NCBI GenBank assembly: GCA_021811735.1
Contig: JAJZNK010000035.1
Span: 1-46,705, forward strand
Origin: Nanobdellota archaeon
Lineage (GTDB): Archaea; Nanobdellota; Nanobdellia; Parvarchaeales; Parvarchaeaceae
DNA: 46,705 nucleotides
Direction of reading: 5' to 3'
The notes beneath the pieces were generated by a model. That model was not told where the DNA came from. It saw only the letters and a program-made list of their open reading frames with translations, and ran no database searches. Of the stretch, positions 37,750-46,705 are shown one piece after another (the first letter of the stretch is position 1; every line of letters starts with the position of its first letter). The position numbers and the translations under genes were made by a program.

Positions 37750-38400
37750 ATGAATCTGATGAATGCATTTAAGAAAAAAGATGAGGACTTACCTGATGTA
37801 AGCGGCATGCTTGCAAATGGGATGAGCCAACAAGATATAATAGACAGTCTAAGGCAGCAAGGATACGACAGCACAACGATAAAGGATGCGCTTGTAAACG
37901 CTTTGAGAAATCAAGCGCCCCAGACAAGCACTGCACCACAGGCGGCGGAACCAGTAAGACAGGAGCAGCCAATCCAAAGGGCGCAACCGTTGCAGCAACC
38001 TGTTATGCAAGAAAGACCTGCTAATCAGTTTTCAAACGCCCAGAATTCCAGCGGACAGAATATAGATAACATACAGCAGATACTAGAGCAGATAATAGAC
38101 GAGAAATGGAAGTCATCTGCATCTGAGCTTAACTCCTTAAGGTCAGGGATGAACATAAACTCTACTTCTATTGAAAATATCAAGGATCAGATAGACAAAC
38201 TTAACCAGAGAATAGACAGTATACAGAACACTATGGTTGGAAAAACCGAAGAATACAATAAAACAATTTCTGATGTAAATGTAGAGCTGCAGGCCTTTGA
38301 AAAAGTGATAGATAGACTTGTTCCTGCCATAAGCGACAGCATAAAAGAGCTTAGGGATTTGATAGAGGGCCTGAAGCCTCAAAAAGGATTAAACGCTTAA
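37750..38400 (+). CDS. hypothetical protein: small helical domain, Q/P linker, IIDEKW motif, coiled coil
   Basis: GMSQQDIIDSLRQQGY, Q/P-rich linker, EQIIDEKW, long heptad region; 2 nt after the upstream stop. Confidence 0.8.
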   Translation: MNLMNAFKKKDEDLPDVSGMLANGMSQQDIIDSLRQQGYDSTTIKDALVNALRNQAPQTSTAPQAAEPVRQEQPIQRAQPLQQPVMQERPANQFSNAQNSSGQNIDNIQQILEQIIDEKWKSSASELNSLRSGMNINSTSIENIKDQIDKLNQRIDSIQNTMVGKTEEYNKTISDVNVELQAFEKVIDRLVPAISDSIKELRDLIEGLKPQKGLNA

Positions 38401-38426
38401 ATACAACCTGTTTTCTCTTGAAATAT

Positions 38427-39236
38427 ATGGGAAAACTGCATAAATTGGATGGATTTAAGAATCTTGACGATTTGGTCGAGGAGGATTACAAGAACGGTGT
38501 AGCCAATTACAGCCTCGGAATTCTTGGTGAGATTACAGGGTTGTTGATTAAAAAATCCATTTTCGTTAATGAAAACCCTTTCATTGGTAGATTTTTAGTA
38601 AGGAAAGACGAATTGGAAGAAGAAGAGGAGGGAATTACGAAGTTCATATATTCTTTGTCGCCTAAATCATTAAAATATCTACATGGCATGACGACTGGTG
38701 AACTATATATTTTTGATCAGGATGAGTACACCTTGTCGACGATTTCGACATATTTTGAGCATGGAGATATAATCAATTCCTGGGAGCCTGTGCAGCTTCA
38801 CGAGGACGAGATACAATTGCTGGAAAACCTAAATAACCAGCCGGAAAAAATAAAGACACTAATGTCTAAAATGTCTGATACATTTTATAAATTCGCGGAG
38901 AACAATTTCTTTGCCTACGAGATAAAGAGCAAATCCAGTGTGTTTTTGGAGTACGATGACGGAGACTCGGGAGATATGTCTAGAGTCTACTTGTTGAAAA
39001 ATGACACTGCTAAAGACTTGATAGAGAAAGTGATGAACACTGACAGCAAAAACCTGACTGAGCTTTACAAAAATCTCAATGGAAGATTGTTCATAAAGGA
39101 CAGTAAGAATGATGTATATTCTCTGGAGATAAACGAAGGGGCTGCCGAGTTCACAAAGCACATGAAAACCGGGGACCGGGAATCGATAATCATGGGTAGG
39201 ATAAACCATGACGACAACAAAGATATGTATGTCTGA
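38427..39236 (+). CDS. acidic hypothetical protein
   Basis: long ORF; TTAAATA about 25 nt upstream; ends KDMYV. Confidence 0.75.
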   Translation: MGKLHKLDGFKNLDDLVEEDYKNGVANYSLGILGEITGLLIKKSIFVNENPFIGRFLVRKDELEEEEEGITKFIYSLSPKSLKYLHGMTTGELYIFDQDEYTLSTISTYFEHGDIINSWEPVQLHEDEIQLLENLNNQPEKIKTLMSKMSDTFYKFAENNFFAYEIKSKSSVFLEYDDGDSGDMSRVYLLKNDTAKDLIEKVMNTDSKNLTELYKNLNGRLFIKDSKNDVYSLEINEGAAEFTKHMKTGDRESIIMGRINHDDNKDMYV

Positions 39237-40074
39237 AAGAAAAAGACTAGATGACTTTATCGACGAAGGAAACGAAGCGATGGTGGATTTGAGGACTTCG
39301 GAAATATTTCAATTGTCTGCAAAAATAAAGGACGGTTCAAGGTTTATCAAAGACAATGTCGGCTTGCACGGGTATTACTTGAGCAAATCCAACCATAGAA
39401 TAGTCGAACAGATTAAGGCGTTGAGCGATACTGAAAGAGACTATCTTTATTACGCTCTTAATAAACCATTAGTCATACTGGATGAAAATAACCTAGTTTA
39501 TACCTTCGACCAGAAGTTCAGCGGACTTGATGCTTTTTCAGTCTTTTACGAACTAAAGATTAATGACGGCCACCTATCTGAATTAAATAAAATTTATGAT
39601 GGCGGAGAAAAACCAGGCACGGATTATGATAAAAAATTTTCAGAAATGTACAGAATTTCGTCCGATATAAAAAACTATGGATTTAAAGTGATACTTACCG
39701 TGCAAAACAAGGATATAGTTTTTTACCTGACGGAACTTCAGTCGATGGGAAAGAAAGGTAAGAAGATACTAAAATACCTTTCTAATCTCAAATCTGATGA
39801 CCTGTCGGATATGAGTTATATAACGCAGCGTTTTTCGATAATAGACACTGAAAAAAATATAGGATATGCAATAATAGACACTAAGGATGGTAATAACAAA
39901 GAGATAACAAAATTCGTAGAAGAGGAGAAAGCCCAATACGAAGGCCTTTACAAGATATTGCAGATGGCTAAGCAGACCCCGAAAAACAAAACATTACTCA
40001 TACCGGGAAAAATAGAGGAAAATACATCCGAATATAAGCCGCCTAACACTGACCCATCTGATATGTACCGTTGA
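39229..40074 (+). CDS. hypothetical protein
   Basis: long ORF overlapping the previous stop; ends SDMYR. Confidence 0.75.
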   Translation: MSERKRLDDFIDEGNEAMVDLRTSEIFQLSAKIKDGSRFIKDNVGLHGYYLSKSNHRIVEQIKALSDTERDYLYYALNKPLVILDENNLVYTFDQKFSGLDAFSVFYELKINDGHLSELNKIYDGGEKPGTDYDKKFSEMYRISSDIKNYGFKVILTVQNKDIVFYLTELQSMGKKGKKILKYLSNLKSDDLSDMSYITQRFSIIDTEKNIGYAIIDTKDGNNKEITKFVEEEKAQYEGLYKILQMAKQTPKNKTLLIPGKIEENTSEYKPPNTDPSDMYR

Positions 40075-40075
40075 A

Positions 40076-41359
40076 TTAAGGGATTAACCTTTCCGGTGTT
40101 CTTGGAAGCAAAGTCGCCTCTGCCACGTTTTCCAGATTAAGCATCTGTTTTACTATTCTTTCCAATCCAGTCCCTGCTCCACCATGTGGCGGCACGCCGT
40201 AACGGAAAAAGTCTGTGTAGAATCCAAATTTCTCCTTGTCTAGTCCCTTTTCTCCAAGTTGGTTTATCAGCACTTCATATCTGTGCTCTCGCTGTGCAAG
40301 AGTAGTTATCTCCAGACCTTTGTATATCAAATCAGCACGATTTGTCACTGCCTTATCGCTTTCCTTTTTCATGTGGTAAAACTGTGCGATGGACCATGGA
40401 AACTCTGTGAGGAAGAAAAAGTCACTGCCGTATTTTTCCTTCATGTATTGGCCTAGTATACGCTCCCCCTCAGGGTCTATGTCCCCGTCATCTTTTAATT
40501 TGTTCCCATATTTTTCTAGTATCGCTCCTGCTTCCTTTATCGTTATTCTTGGAAATGGAACCTTTGGGTCTTCCAATTTTATGCCATGGAGATCCAGGTC
40601 CTTCTGGTTTCTAGACTTTACCTCCTTGAATATCCTTAGGATCATCTGCTCCAAAACAGACATTACGTCTTCATGCGAATTTATGAAACTCATCTCAAAG
40701 TCCACGCTAGTGTATTCCGTAAGGTGCCTTGAAGTGTGATGCGGCTCTGCCCTGAATACCGGGCCCACTTCAAACACTTTTTCAAAGCCAGCGGCCATCA
40801 TCATCTGTTTGTAAAACTGGGGAGACTGTGCAAGGAATGCTGTCTTGTCGAAATAGACCACTTGGAAGACGTTTGCTCCTCCCTCCGTCGCCTGTGATAT
40901 TATCTTCGACGAATGTATCTGGTAAAATCCGCTGTCCTCGAAAAACTTAACTATTGCATTGCTGACAGTGCTCTGTATTTTGAATGCTGATGCAATCTTC
41001 GGCTTCCTAAGGCTCAGGAATCTGAAATCAAGCTCCTTGTCTAGTGATGACTGGACCTTTTCGCTCAGGTTTAGCGGAACTGGCTGCTCTGCGATCGTAA
41101 GCAAATTCATTTCCTGAGGTATTATCTCATAGCCGTTTACGGCCTTTTCATTTTTCTTCTCAGTGCCCTTTATTTCAATCACTGACTCGGCCTTCACGTC
41201 GGAGAGTCTCTGAAAAATTTCAGGGTTAGAATCTTTCAGCACAGTTACCTGATATTTTCCGTTGATGTCCCTCACTGTAATGAATGCTATCCCTCCGAGA
41301 TTCCTTACGTTCTCGGCCCATCCAACCAGTTCTATTTTTCCATTTTCTTCTTTTATCAT
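40076..41359 (-). CDS. aspS: aspartate--tRNA ligase, archaeal/eukaryal type
   Basis: TEGGANVF, LAQSPQFYKQ, FRAE, RHLTE, GVPPHGGAGTGLER; start uncertain (41359 or 41374). Confidence 0.93.
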   Translation of the reverse strand: MIKEENGKIELVGWAENVRNLGGIAFITVRDINGKYQVTVLKDSNPEIFQRLSDVKAESVIEIKGTEKKNEKAVNGYEIIPQEMNLLTIAEQPVPLNLSEKVQSSLDKELDFRFLSLRKPKIASAFKIQSTVSNAIVKFFEDSGFYQIHSSKIISQATEGGANVFQVVYFDKTAFLAQSPQFYKQMMMAAGFEKVFEVGPVFRAEPHHTSRHLTEYTSVDFEMSFINSHEDVMSVLEQMILRIFKEVKSRNQKDLDLHGIKLEDPKVPFPRITIKEAGAILEKYGNKLKDDGDIDPEGERILGQYMKEKYGSDFFFLTEFPWSIAQFYHMKKESDKAVTNRADLIYKGLEITTLAQREHRYEVLINQLGEKGLDKEKFGFYTDFFRYGVPPHGGAGTGLERIVKQMLNLENVAEATLLPRTPERLIP

Positions 41360-41544
41360 AAATTTACCGACCAATCATGGTCATTATAAAATAACCCTAT
41401 ACGTCTCACTTTAATAACTTTTCCGGTGGATTTTTGAGGAATAAATTATATGAAAATACTGCATATAAAATTATTTTGCCTTGTGACGGCTAAACGCGTA
41501 TCTGGATTGCTAAAAGTTAAATCTGCTGCTATTCTTCTATACTG

Positions 41545-42432
41545 ATGGAAGAGAGTTTTGAGGGCGCGAGACTCCACACTGCTGAGCACATGTTCGCCAG
41601 GGCCCTACAGGAACAGGGATTGAAAATCCATGTGAGAAAAGCAGATACCTACAGAGAGGATAATATCGGTAAGGTTTACATAAAGGAGATAATCCCTTTC
41701 GACAGCATAAAAAAGGCCGAAGCCACTGTTAACGACAAGATAATTGATGACCTAATGGTAATGGAAGAGACCTTCAAAACGATTGACGAAGCGAAAAAAA
41801 AGATTCCGAAACTAAGGTTCAACGAAGAGAGACTTGAGGGAAGACAGGAGATAAGAGTAGTGAACATCGGAGAATATGATTTTTCGGCCTGTGGCCATCT
41901 TCATGCAAAAAGCACAAAAGAGATAATTTCTTTTGCTGTCAACAGAGTATCATATCTTGGCGGCGAAACTGAAATAGAGTTCCTGGCAGGCACTCGCGCG
42001 ATTGAATTCCTCCTTAAGATGAAAAACACTGTCCTAGAAACAGCGATGAAACATCATTTTATACCTGAAGAGTTGGAGCTGCACGCTGAAAAGCAGAGAG
42101 AATCAATAAACGAGATGGAGAGTGAGGAGAAAAGAATGCTGTCCGCAATGATATCTAACTCAAATAATATAATAGAACTTAAGAATGCAAAGATATCAAA
42201 ATTTTATGGTGAACTCAGCTCCATAACGCGCAAACATCCTGAAAAATGCATAGCTTTAACAAATGGCTCGCAGATTATAGTTTTGAAGGGAAAAGACTCT
42301 GCTGTAGATATAGTAGCAATCGGTGAAAAACTCCGGAGGAAGGGTTTCTCTGGCAGTATAAATGAAAGCACGATAAACGGGAAGGCTGATGAAACCATAA
42401 TAGAAGAGCTCAAAAAGGAATGGAAAGTCTAG
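41545..42432 (+). CDS. AlaX-like trans-editing protein (tRNA_SAD domain) with C-terminal extension
   Basis: HTAEH and IRVVNIG.YD.SACGHLH zinc-binding motifs. Confidence 0.82.
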   Translation: MEESFEGARLHTAEHMFARALQEQGLKIHVRKADTYREDNIGKVYIKEIIPFDSIKKAEATVNDKIIDDLMVMEETFKTIDEAKKKIPKLRFNEERLEGRQEIRVVNIGEYDFSACGHLHAKSTKEIISFAVNRVSYLGGETEIEFLAGTRAIEFLLKMKNTVLETAMKHHFIPEELELHAEKQRESINEMESEEKRMLSAMISNSNNIIELKNAKISKFYGELSSITRKHPEKCIALTNGSQIIVLKGKDSAVDIVAIGEKLRRKGFSGSINESTINGKADETIIEELKKEWKV

Positions 42433-42992
42433 ATTCGATAGCTGGTGAGATAAAGAAATGCACACGGTGTGACCTGTGTCTTAAACGGCAAAACGCAGTA
42501 CCTGGAGAGGGCGATCCTCATAGCAAGATAGTGATAATAGGCGAAGGCCCGGGAAAAAATGAGGACTTGCAGGGCAGGCCATTTATCGGCATGTCGGGAA
42601 AATTCCTTACAAAATACCTGGAGAAAGCAGGTATAACCAGAGAGAAGGTGTTTATAACTAATGCCGTAAAATGCCGGCCTCCTAACAACAGAAAACCGAA
42701 GGCGGAAGAATTAGATAAATGCAGGCCGTTTCTTTCAAGACAGCTCGCTGCTATAAAGCCGACGGTCATCCTTGCGCTTGGAACTTCTGCCGCTTCCGCC
42801 CTGGGGATCAAGTTCAAACACCTTTCAGAGATAAAGAGCCGGACGATTGAAATAGAGCTAGAAGGCAGGAAATTCAACTGCTTCGTTACTTTCCATCCCT
42901 CCTTTCCGATGCGTTTCCCAAGGGCTAGGGACGGGTTTTTAAAGGATATCCGTAGCTGCATAAATGTTTACAATAATTTATCTACAACGTAA
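42420..42992 (+). CDS. udg: uracil-DNA glycosylase family 4 (Fe-S type)
   Basis: CTRCDL, GEGPG..ED..GRPFIG.SG, NAVKCRPPNNRKP, HPS. Confidence 0.96.
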   Translation: MESLDSIAGEIKKCTRCDLCLKRQNAVPGEGDPHSKIVIIGEGPGKNEDLQGRPFIGMSGKFLTKYLEKAGITREKVFITNAVKCRPPNNRKPKAEELDKCRPFLSRQLAAIKPTVILALGTSAASALGIKFKHLSEIKSRTIEIELEGRKFNCFVTFHPSFPMRFPRARDGFLKDIRSCINVYNNLSTT

Positions 42993-43032
42993 TAGTAAAG
43001 TATTTATATAGCTTCGACTCATAATACTGAAT

Positions 43033-44073
43033 ATGGATACTGCAAAAGACAGGGATGATAATAGGACCGATATAGGCATGCCCGATTCAGGCGTCGTGCC
43101 GGAAAGTATGGACACCGCAGAAGATAACTCTACCAGTGAACCTGATAGAGAGATATCGCCAAATGTTGTCATGCCTGGGAGCCAGACAAAAGCACAGTCG
43201 CTTGATGAATTACTGAAAGAGGGTGGAGATCACTACAACTCGCTCAAGGCACTTCTCACAGACATAAAGAGATTTGAATCCAACCAGTATGAAAACTTCC
43301 CAGAATTAGCCAGGAGCTTTGCGGCGAATTATTCGAATTACATAAAATCATCACCGCTCGCTGAAGAGCCTAAGACCCTTGAGTTTGCAAAGGACTTCAA
43401 TATCCTTTTGAACGGACAGGGAAGTGACAGCAAGAAGAAGGAATACATGCAAAAGATTATAGATTACCTTAACGGACCAATTTCAGCAGAATACAATAAG
43501 ATTTCTACGTTCCTTAAACCGGGCGACTATCATAATATTGTCAGGGGATCACTCAATGATCCTTTGATAATGCTCAACCCCTTCATGCAGAGTATGAAGA
43601 ATGAACTCGGTAAGAACGAAGACTACGGCAGAGGTATAAAATTGAATGACCTCGCGAAGACAATGGCCGAAGATTATCGAAAGAATGACTTTTCAAAGCT
43701 CGGTGACTACTTCGAGAAGATACCTTATAATAAGAAGGCATTGATGAAGGCCGGGCTAAATGAAACCCAAGTGGAAACCATGATTAAAACACAGGATGAT
43801 CTCTTCAAGAAGATGACCTCTGGATTAAAGGAAGAATACCAAAAACCACTCATGCGATCACTCCTGGGGATACTTATCTCTGAAGGTTCAAAACAAGTAT
43901 CGAAACTCGATCCTAGTAGTTCCATGTCTGCAGTAAAGAACTCAAATCTTGACCCTTTAACTGGGGCTTATCTCGCGCTAAACGCAAAAGATTACGGCGA
44001 AAAGGCGGATAGCATTTCAGGAACTTACAGCCCGCGAATGGGATTAGGTATGGAATATGGTATGGAGGAATAA
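43033..44073 (+). CDS. hypothetical protein (acidic disordered N-terminus, helical body)
   Basis: 346-aa ORF; TTTATATA box upstream; first gene of a three-gene operon. Confidence 0.75.
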   Translation: MDTAKDRDDNRTDIGMPDSGVVPESMDTAEDNSTSEPDREISPNVVMPGSQTKAQSLDELLKEGGDHYNSLKALLTDIKRFESNQYENFPELARSFAANYSNYIKSSPLAEEPKTLEFAKDFNILLNGQGSDSKKKEYMQKIIDYLNGPISAEYNKISTFLKPGDYHNIVRGSLNDPLIMLNPFMQSMKNELGKNEDYGRGIKLNDLAKTMAEDYRKNDFSKLGDYFEKIPYNKKALMKAGLNETQVETMIKTQDDLFKKMTSGLKEEYQKPLMRSLLGILISEGSKQVSKLDPSSSMSAVKNSNLDPLTGAYLALNAKDYGEKADSISGTYSPRMGLGMEYGMEE

Positions 44074-44076
44074 AAT

Positions 44077-44913
44077 ATGAAAGTAGTAGGATTCATTTCA
44101 AGCAGCGAATATACCACTATAAGCAGTGGTGATAATGGAAGAACAAGCAGCACGTTTGATTATACTCAATGGAATGATAGCAGGCAGTACAACGTGTCAA
44201 AATTTACCAATTCTCTGCAAAAAGAAATGGGGACTGGGAACATAGCAGACCTAATGGCTTACAATGAGATTTCAAAATTACAGGTAGCAGCTGAGATGCC
44301 TGGAGCAAAGCTTGTGGGAATGCAAGATGCTGTATCAGAAAAGAGAAGGCTTGAACAGCTCAAGATGGAGGCACTTCAGCCGAGCAAACATCTTGGCCCT
44401 TTCAGCAACTTAAGATATCAAATAGTGCCCACAGGCGCAGTTAAAACATATGACAGCAACGGAAACGAAAAGCTTCAGAATATGTACAGGCTAAAGGTAG
44501 AGTACGGATACAGACTTATAGATAAAAAACCGGCTTACCATCAGAAAATGCACGATCTTGCACTAGACTTAACTGAGAATGCACAAAACAAAAGGATGCA
44601 CTTGGGAAACTTGGAGAGAAAATGGTTCAATGACAGGATTTATGCAGACGACTTGCAGATAGAATTACTTTCCCCGTACCGGTGGGGAGCGAGCTATGAT
44701 TATAGAAAGATAGACTTTGGGAATAATAGTGTAAAATACAAAAAGGGTTTTGGAACTAAGCTCTTGACCGGACTTCTAGGAATCCCTGGAGGACTTGTTT
44801 TAGGTCCAAGAATAAGCATAGTTTCCACCAAGCCTATGACTGAACGAAGAGTCGAAGACCTGATGGCGATACTTAAAGGCATCGAATCTGTGCAAACGAC
44901 GGAGAACAACTAA
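44077..44913 (+). CDS. hypothetical protein
   Basis: 278-aa ORF 3 nt after the previous stop; Gly-rich hydrophobic stretch LLTGLLGIPGGLVLGP. Confidence 0.75.
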   Translation: MKVVGFISSSEYTTISSGDNGRTSSTFDYTQWNDSRQYNVSKFTNSLQKEMGTGNIADLMAYNEISKLQVAAEMPGAKLVGMQDAVSEKRRLEQLKMEALQPSKHLGPFSNLRYQIVPTGAVKTYDSNGNEKLQNMYRLKVEYGYRLIDKKPAYHQKMHDLALDLTENAQNKRMHLGNLERKWFNDRIYADDLQIELLSPYRWGASYDYRKIDFGNNSVKYKKGFGTKLLTGLLGIPGGLVLGPRISIVSTKPMTERRVEDLMAILKGIESVQTTENN

Positions 44914-44915
44914 AT

Positions 44916-45731
44916 ATGGTAAAAGCTGATAACTTGGAAAACCTGATAAATAAAGGGAGCAGCACTGTTTACTTTAGTCTTAATACTGCTGTTCCTAGCC
45001 ACGAAATATGGACTAAGGGAAACGGTCTCGAAAAAGCGGTGGGCATAAAAAACCCAGGTGATGCTGTATCGCTTATAGGTATAAAAAAATACAAGAATGA
45101 TAAAAAGGAAGCGTATTTCCTACACGGGGTCTATGAATTGATGCCGTTCTCTGTTGATGCAGTTGATGACGACGGCTACAAACAGGTCCATAACAAAATG
45201 ATACCTGGAGTTGCTTATATCAATCCATCGTCTGTCGGAATAAAAAGCGATGAACTGGGATCGATAGGTAGTGAAACTGGCCCAGTAAAAAGCGGAAAGA
45301 AGGAATTTCTAGGCATAATAAATTTAGATTACCTTACAAGACTGGACAGTGGAAAAATAAACGAGCGCTTTACAAATGGAGCGTATCTTAATATGAAACC
45401 TACAAAAGATGGCTCGAAGTTCGTTGAACCTTCTGAAAAACACAGAATAATAAATAATGTTGGGCAAGGTGCAGGCCTTATTTCCTCGACGATAACTGAT
45501 AAAATAGCCGATAGATATGGCTTTCCAAGACCATCACCTGGAGATGTGATAGTTGGCATTGGCTATTTTGGGGATTCTATTAAGAGCTACAAAGACCAAG
45601 AACCTTATGCATTTCCAATGGTAGTTTCTGCCATTGGCAACAGGATGCAGGTTCCAAGTGATGTGATAGACAGCATGTACTTTGAAGTTATACTCGGCGT
45701 AGATAAGAGAACGGGAGTAAGTCTCGTATAG
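44916..45731 (+). CDS. hypothetical protein
   Basis: 271-aa ORF 2 nt after the previous stop. Confidence 0.75.
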   Translation: MVKADNLENLINKGSSTVYFSLNTAVPSHEIWTKGNGLEKAVGIKNPGDAVSLIGIKKYKNDKKEAYFLHGVYELMPFSVDAVDDDGYKQVHNKMIPGVAYINPSSVGIKSDELGSIGSETGPVKSGKKEFLGIINLDYLTRLDSGKINERFTNGAYLNMKPTKDGSKFVEPSEKHRIINNVGQGAGLISSTITDKIADRYGFPRPSPGDVIVGIGYFGDSIKSYKDQEPYAFPMVVSAIGNRMQVPSDVIDSMYFEVILGVDKRTGVSLV

Positions 45732-45798
45732 GTTTAACCATACATAAAATCTGCACTGAAATAAGGATTTAAAAGCATTTTGTGCCGACCGATTGACT

Positions 45799-46705
45799 TT
45801 AAGGTGAGACCCACTGTATATTTGTTAATACACCATTGTTGTTATTTCCGCTGTAGTCATTTGCATTTCCATCTAAAGGCCACCAACCTACAAGTCCCAG
45901 ACTAGATGATGGGGCCCAACCAACACCGTGAGAAAATAGTTGATTTACTTCACTTGGAGAAAGAGTCTTACTGTATAATTGCATGTTACTAAGTGTTCCG
46001 TTAAAAGAGCTTATCCCATAAGTATTGCCCCCGGGTGGAGTGGTTCCAAAAGTTATGTAATTTAATGAGTAAATATCATTAGGAATTGCTGAACCAATAC
46101 AGGGACTTGAAGCATTAACATAATATGTTACTGCACCATTGCTAACCGAGATTGTAACCATCGTCCATATCTTACCATTTACGCCTAATCCATGATCACC
46201 TGAACCAGTCACCCAGATTTCTTCATTTCCACTTCCACAAGAAGCACCTGCTCCTCCACCACTATTCAGCCAAGACGTAATAAAATTAGTTCCGTTAGAA
46301 CCAAACATCGTATAACCATTTCCACTTGTCATTTTGGAAGTGTTAACACCATAAACCCAATAGACGACTGTAAAGGTATGTGAAGTGAATAATGTAGAAG
46401 TAATTATTTCACTGTTTGACCCGTCAAAACTAGCTACTTTATTTACATTACGTTTAACAGAAACGCTTTGTATCCTCCCGTTTGAAAAATACGGCCCAGG
46501 AAGGATCTGACTTGGTTCTAAATATTTTATATTTACAGACCCAGAATATGAAGTTGAACCATTGCAGGCTCCGTTCACGTAAAAGACTCCCGATTGTCCT
46601 GCTCTAAGCAGTGAATTTACATTCTGTACTGTATTGACGCCGTTGTTTCCGCTTACGTTTATGTCCGTTACGTTTACAGGGTATCCTACGGTATTTGAGA
46701 CATAG
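45799..46705 (-). CDS. LamG/concanavalin-like domain surface protein with a pilin-like N-terminal domain; 5' end lies outside the window
   Basis: frame is open to the window edge (..SNTVGYPVNVTDINVS..); ASFDG, W.MVT, YYVN, FNGTLSNMQLY, LVGWWPLDGNANDYSG. Confidence 0.88.
   Translation of the reverse strand, partial: YVSNTVGYPVNVTDINVSGNNGVNTVQNVNSLLRAGQSGVFYVNGACNGSTSYSGSVNIKYLEPSQILPGPYFSNGRIQSVSVKRNVNKVASFDGSNSEIITSTLFTSHTFTVVYWVYGVNTSKMTSGNGYTMFGSNGTNFITSWLNSGGGAGASCGSGNEEIWVTGSGDHGLGVNGKIWTMVTISVSNGAVTYYVNASSPCIGSAIPNDIYSLNYITFGTTPPGGNTYGISSFNGTLSNMQLYSKTLSPSEVNQLFSHGVGWAPSSSLGLVGWWPLDGNANDYSGNNNNGVLTNIQWVSP

Noticed and set aside
1-46705. Many 60-200 aa ORFs antisense to or nested in called genes (e.g. 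1312-1776, 19704-20204, 23959-24390, 32859-33473, 42518-42961)
   Set aside because: Shadow frames of well-supported genes, with no motifs of their own
1-46705. CRISPR array, rRNA, transposase or integrase
   Set aside because: No periodic repeat-spacer structure or recognisable motifs seen; no duplicated tRNA 3' end (att site) noticed

Overview
Archaeal chromosomal segment, most consistent with a small-genome DPANN archaeon of the Parvarchaeota/ARMAN type. This is an inference from archaeal Spt5, uL11 and AspRS, TATA boxes about 25-30 nt upstream of start codons with no evident Shine-Dalgarno sites, dense overlapping genes, a pilin-like LamG protein and many orphan genes. Left to right: (1) an AT-rich glycan island (glycosyltransferase, rfbC-B-D convergent on rfbA, FkbM methyltransferase); (2) cysS; (3) a defence/toxin-antitoxin-rich zone (AAA+/DUF4143 ATPase, three MNT-HEPN pairs, an AbiEi/AbiEii pair, decayed gene remnants), interleaved with heme O synthase plus an unannotated 12-TM His-motif protein, a TrmB regulator with guanine deaminase, an intron-containing tRNA-Cys, dedA, rpl11-spt5 and tRNA-Lys; (4) a type IV pilus/Tad ATPase with two TadC-like genes and tRNA-Val; (5) tandem SprT-like HExxH proteases, an Lrp regulator, a shortened eS26-like ribosomal protein, cydAB, an MBL hydrolase and an MFS transporter; (6) coiled-coil and orphan genes, aspS, an AlaX-like editing protein, UDG, a three-gene orphan operon and a truncated pilin-like LamG protein. 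Best leads: the heme-copper-oxidase-like 12-TM protein beside ctaB, an E. coli-type tRNA-Cys carrying an archaeal intron, the minimal eS26, palindromic operators upstream of the AAA+ and TA genes, and short terminal motifs shared by orphan proteins. No CRISPR array, rRNA, transposase or integrase was seen. All calls come from reading motifs by eye; no database search was run.
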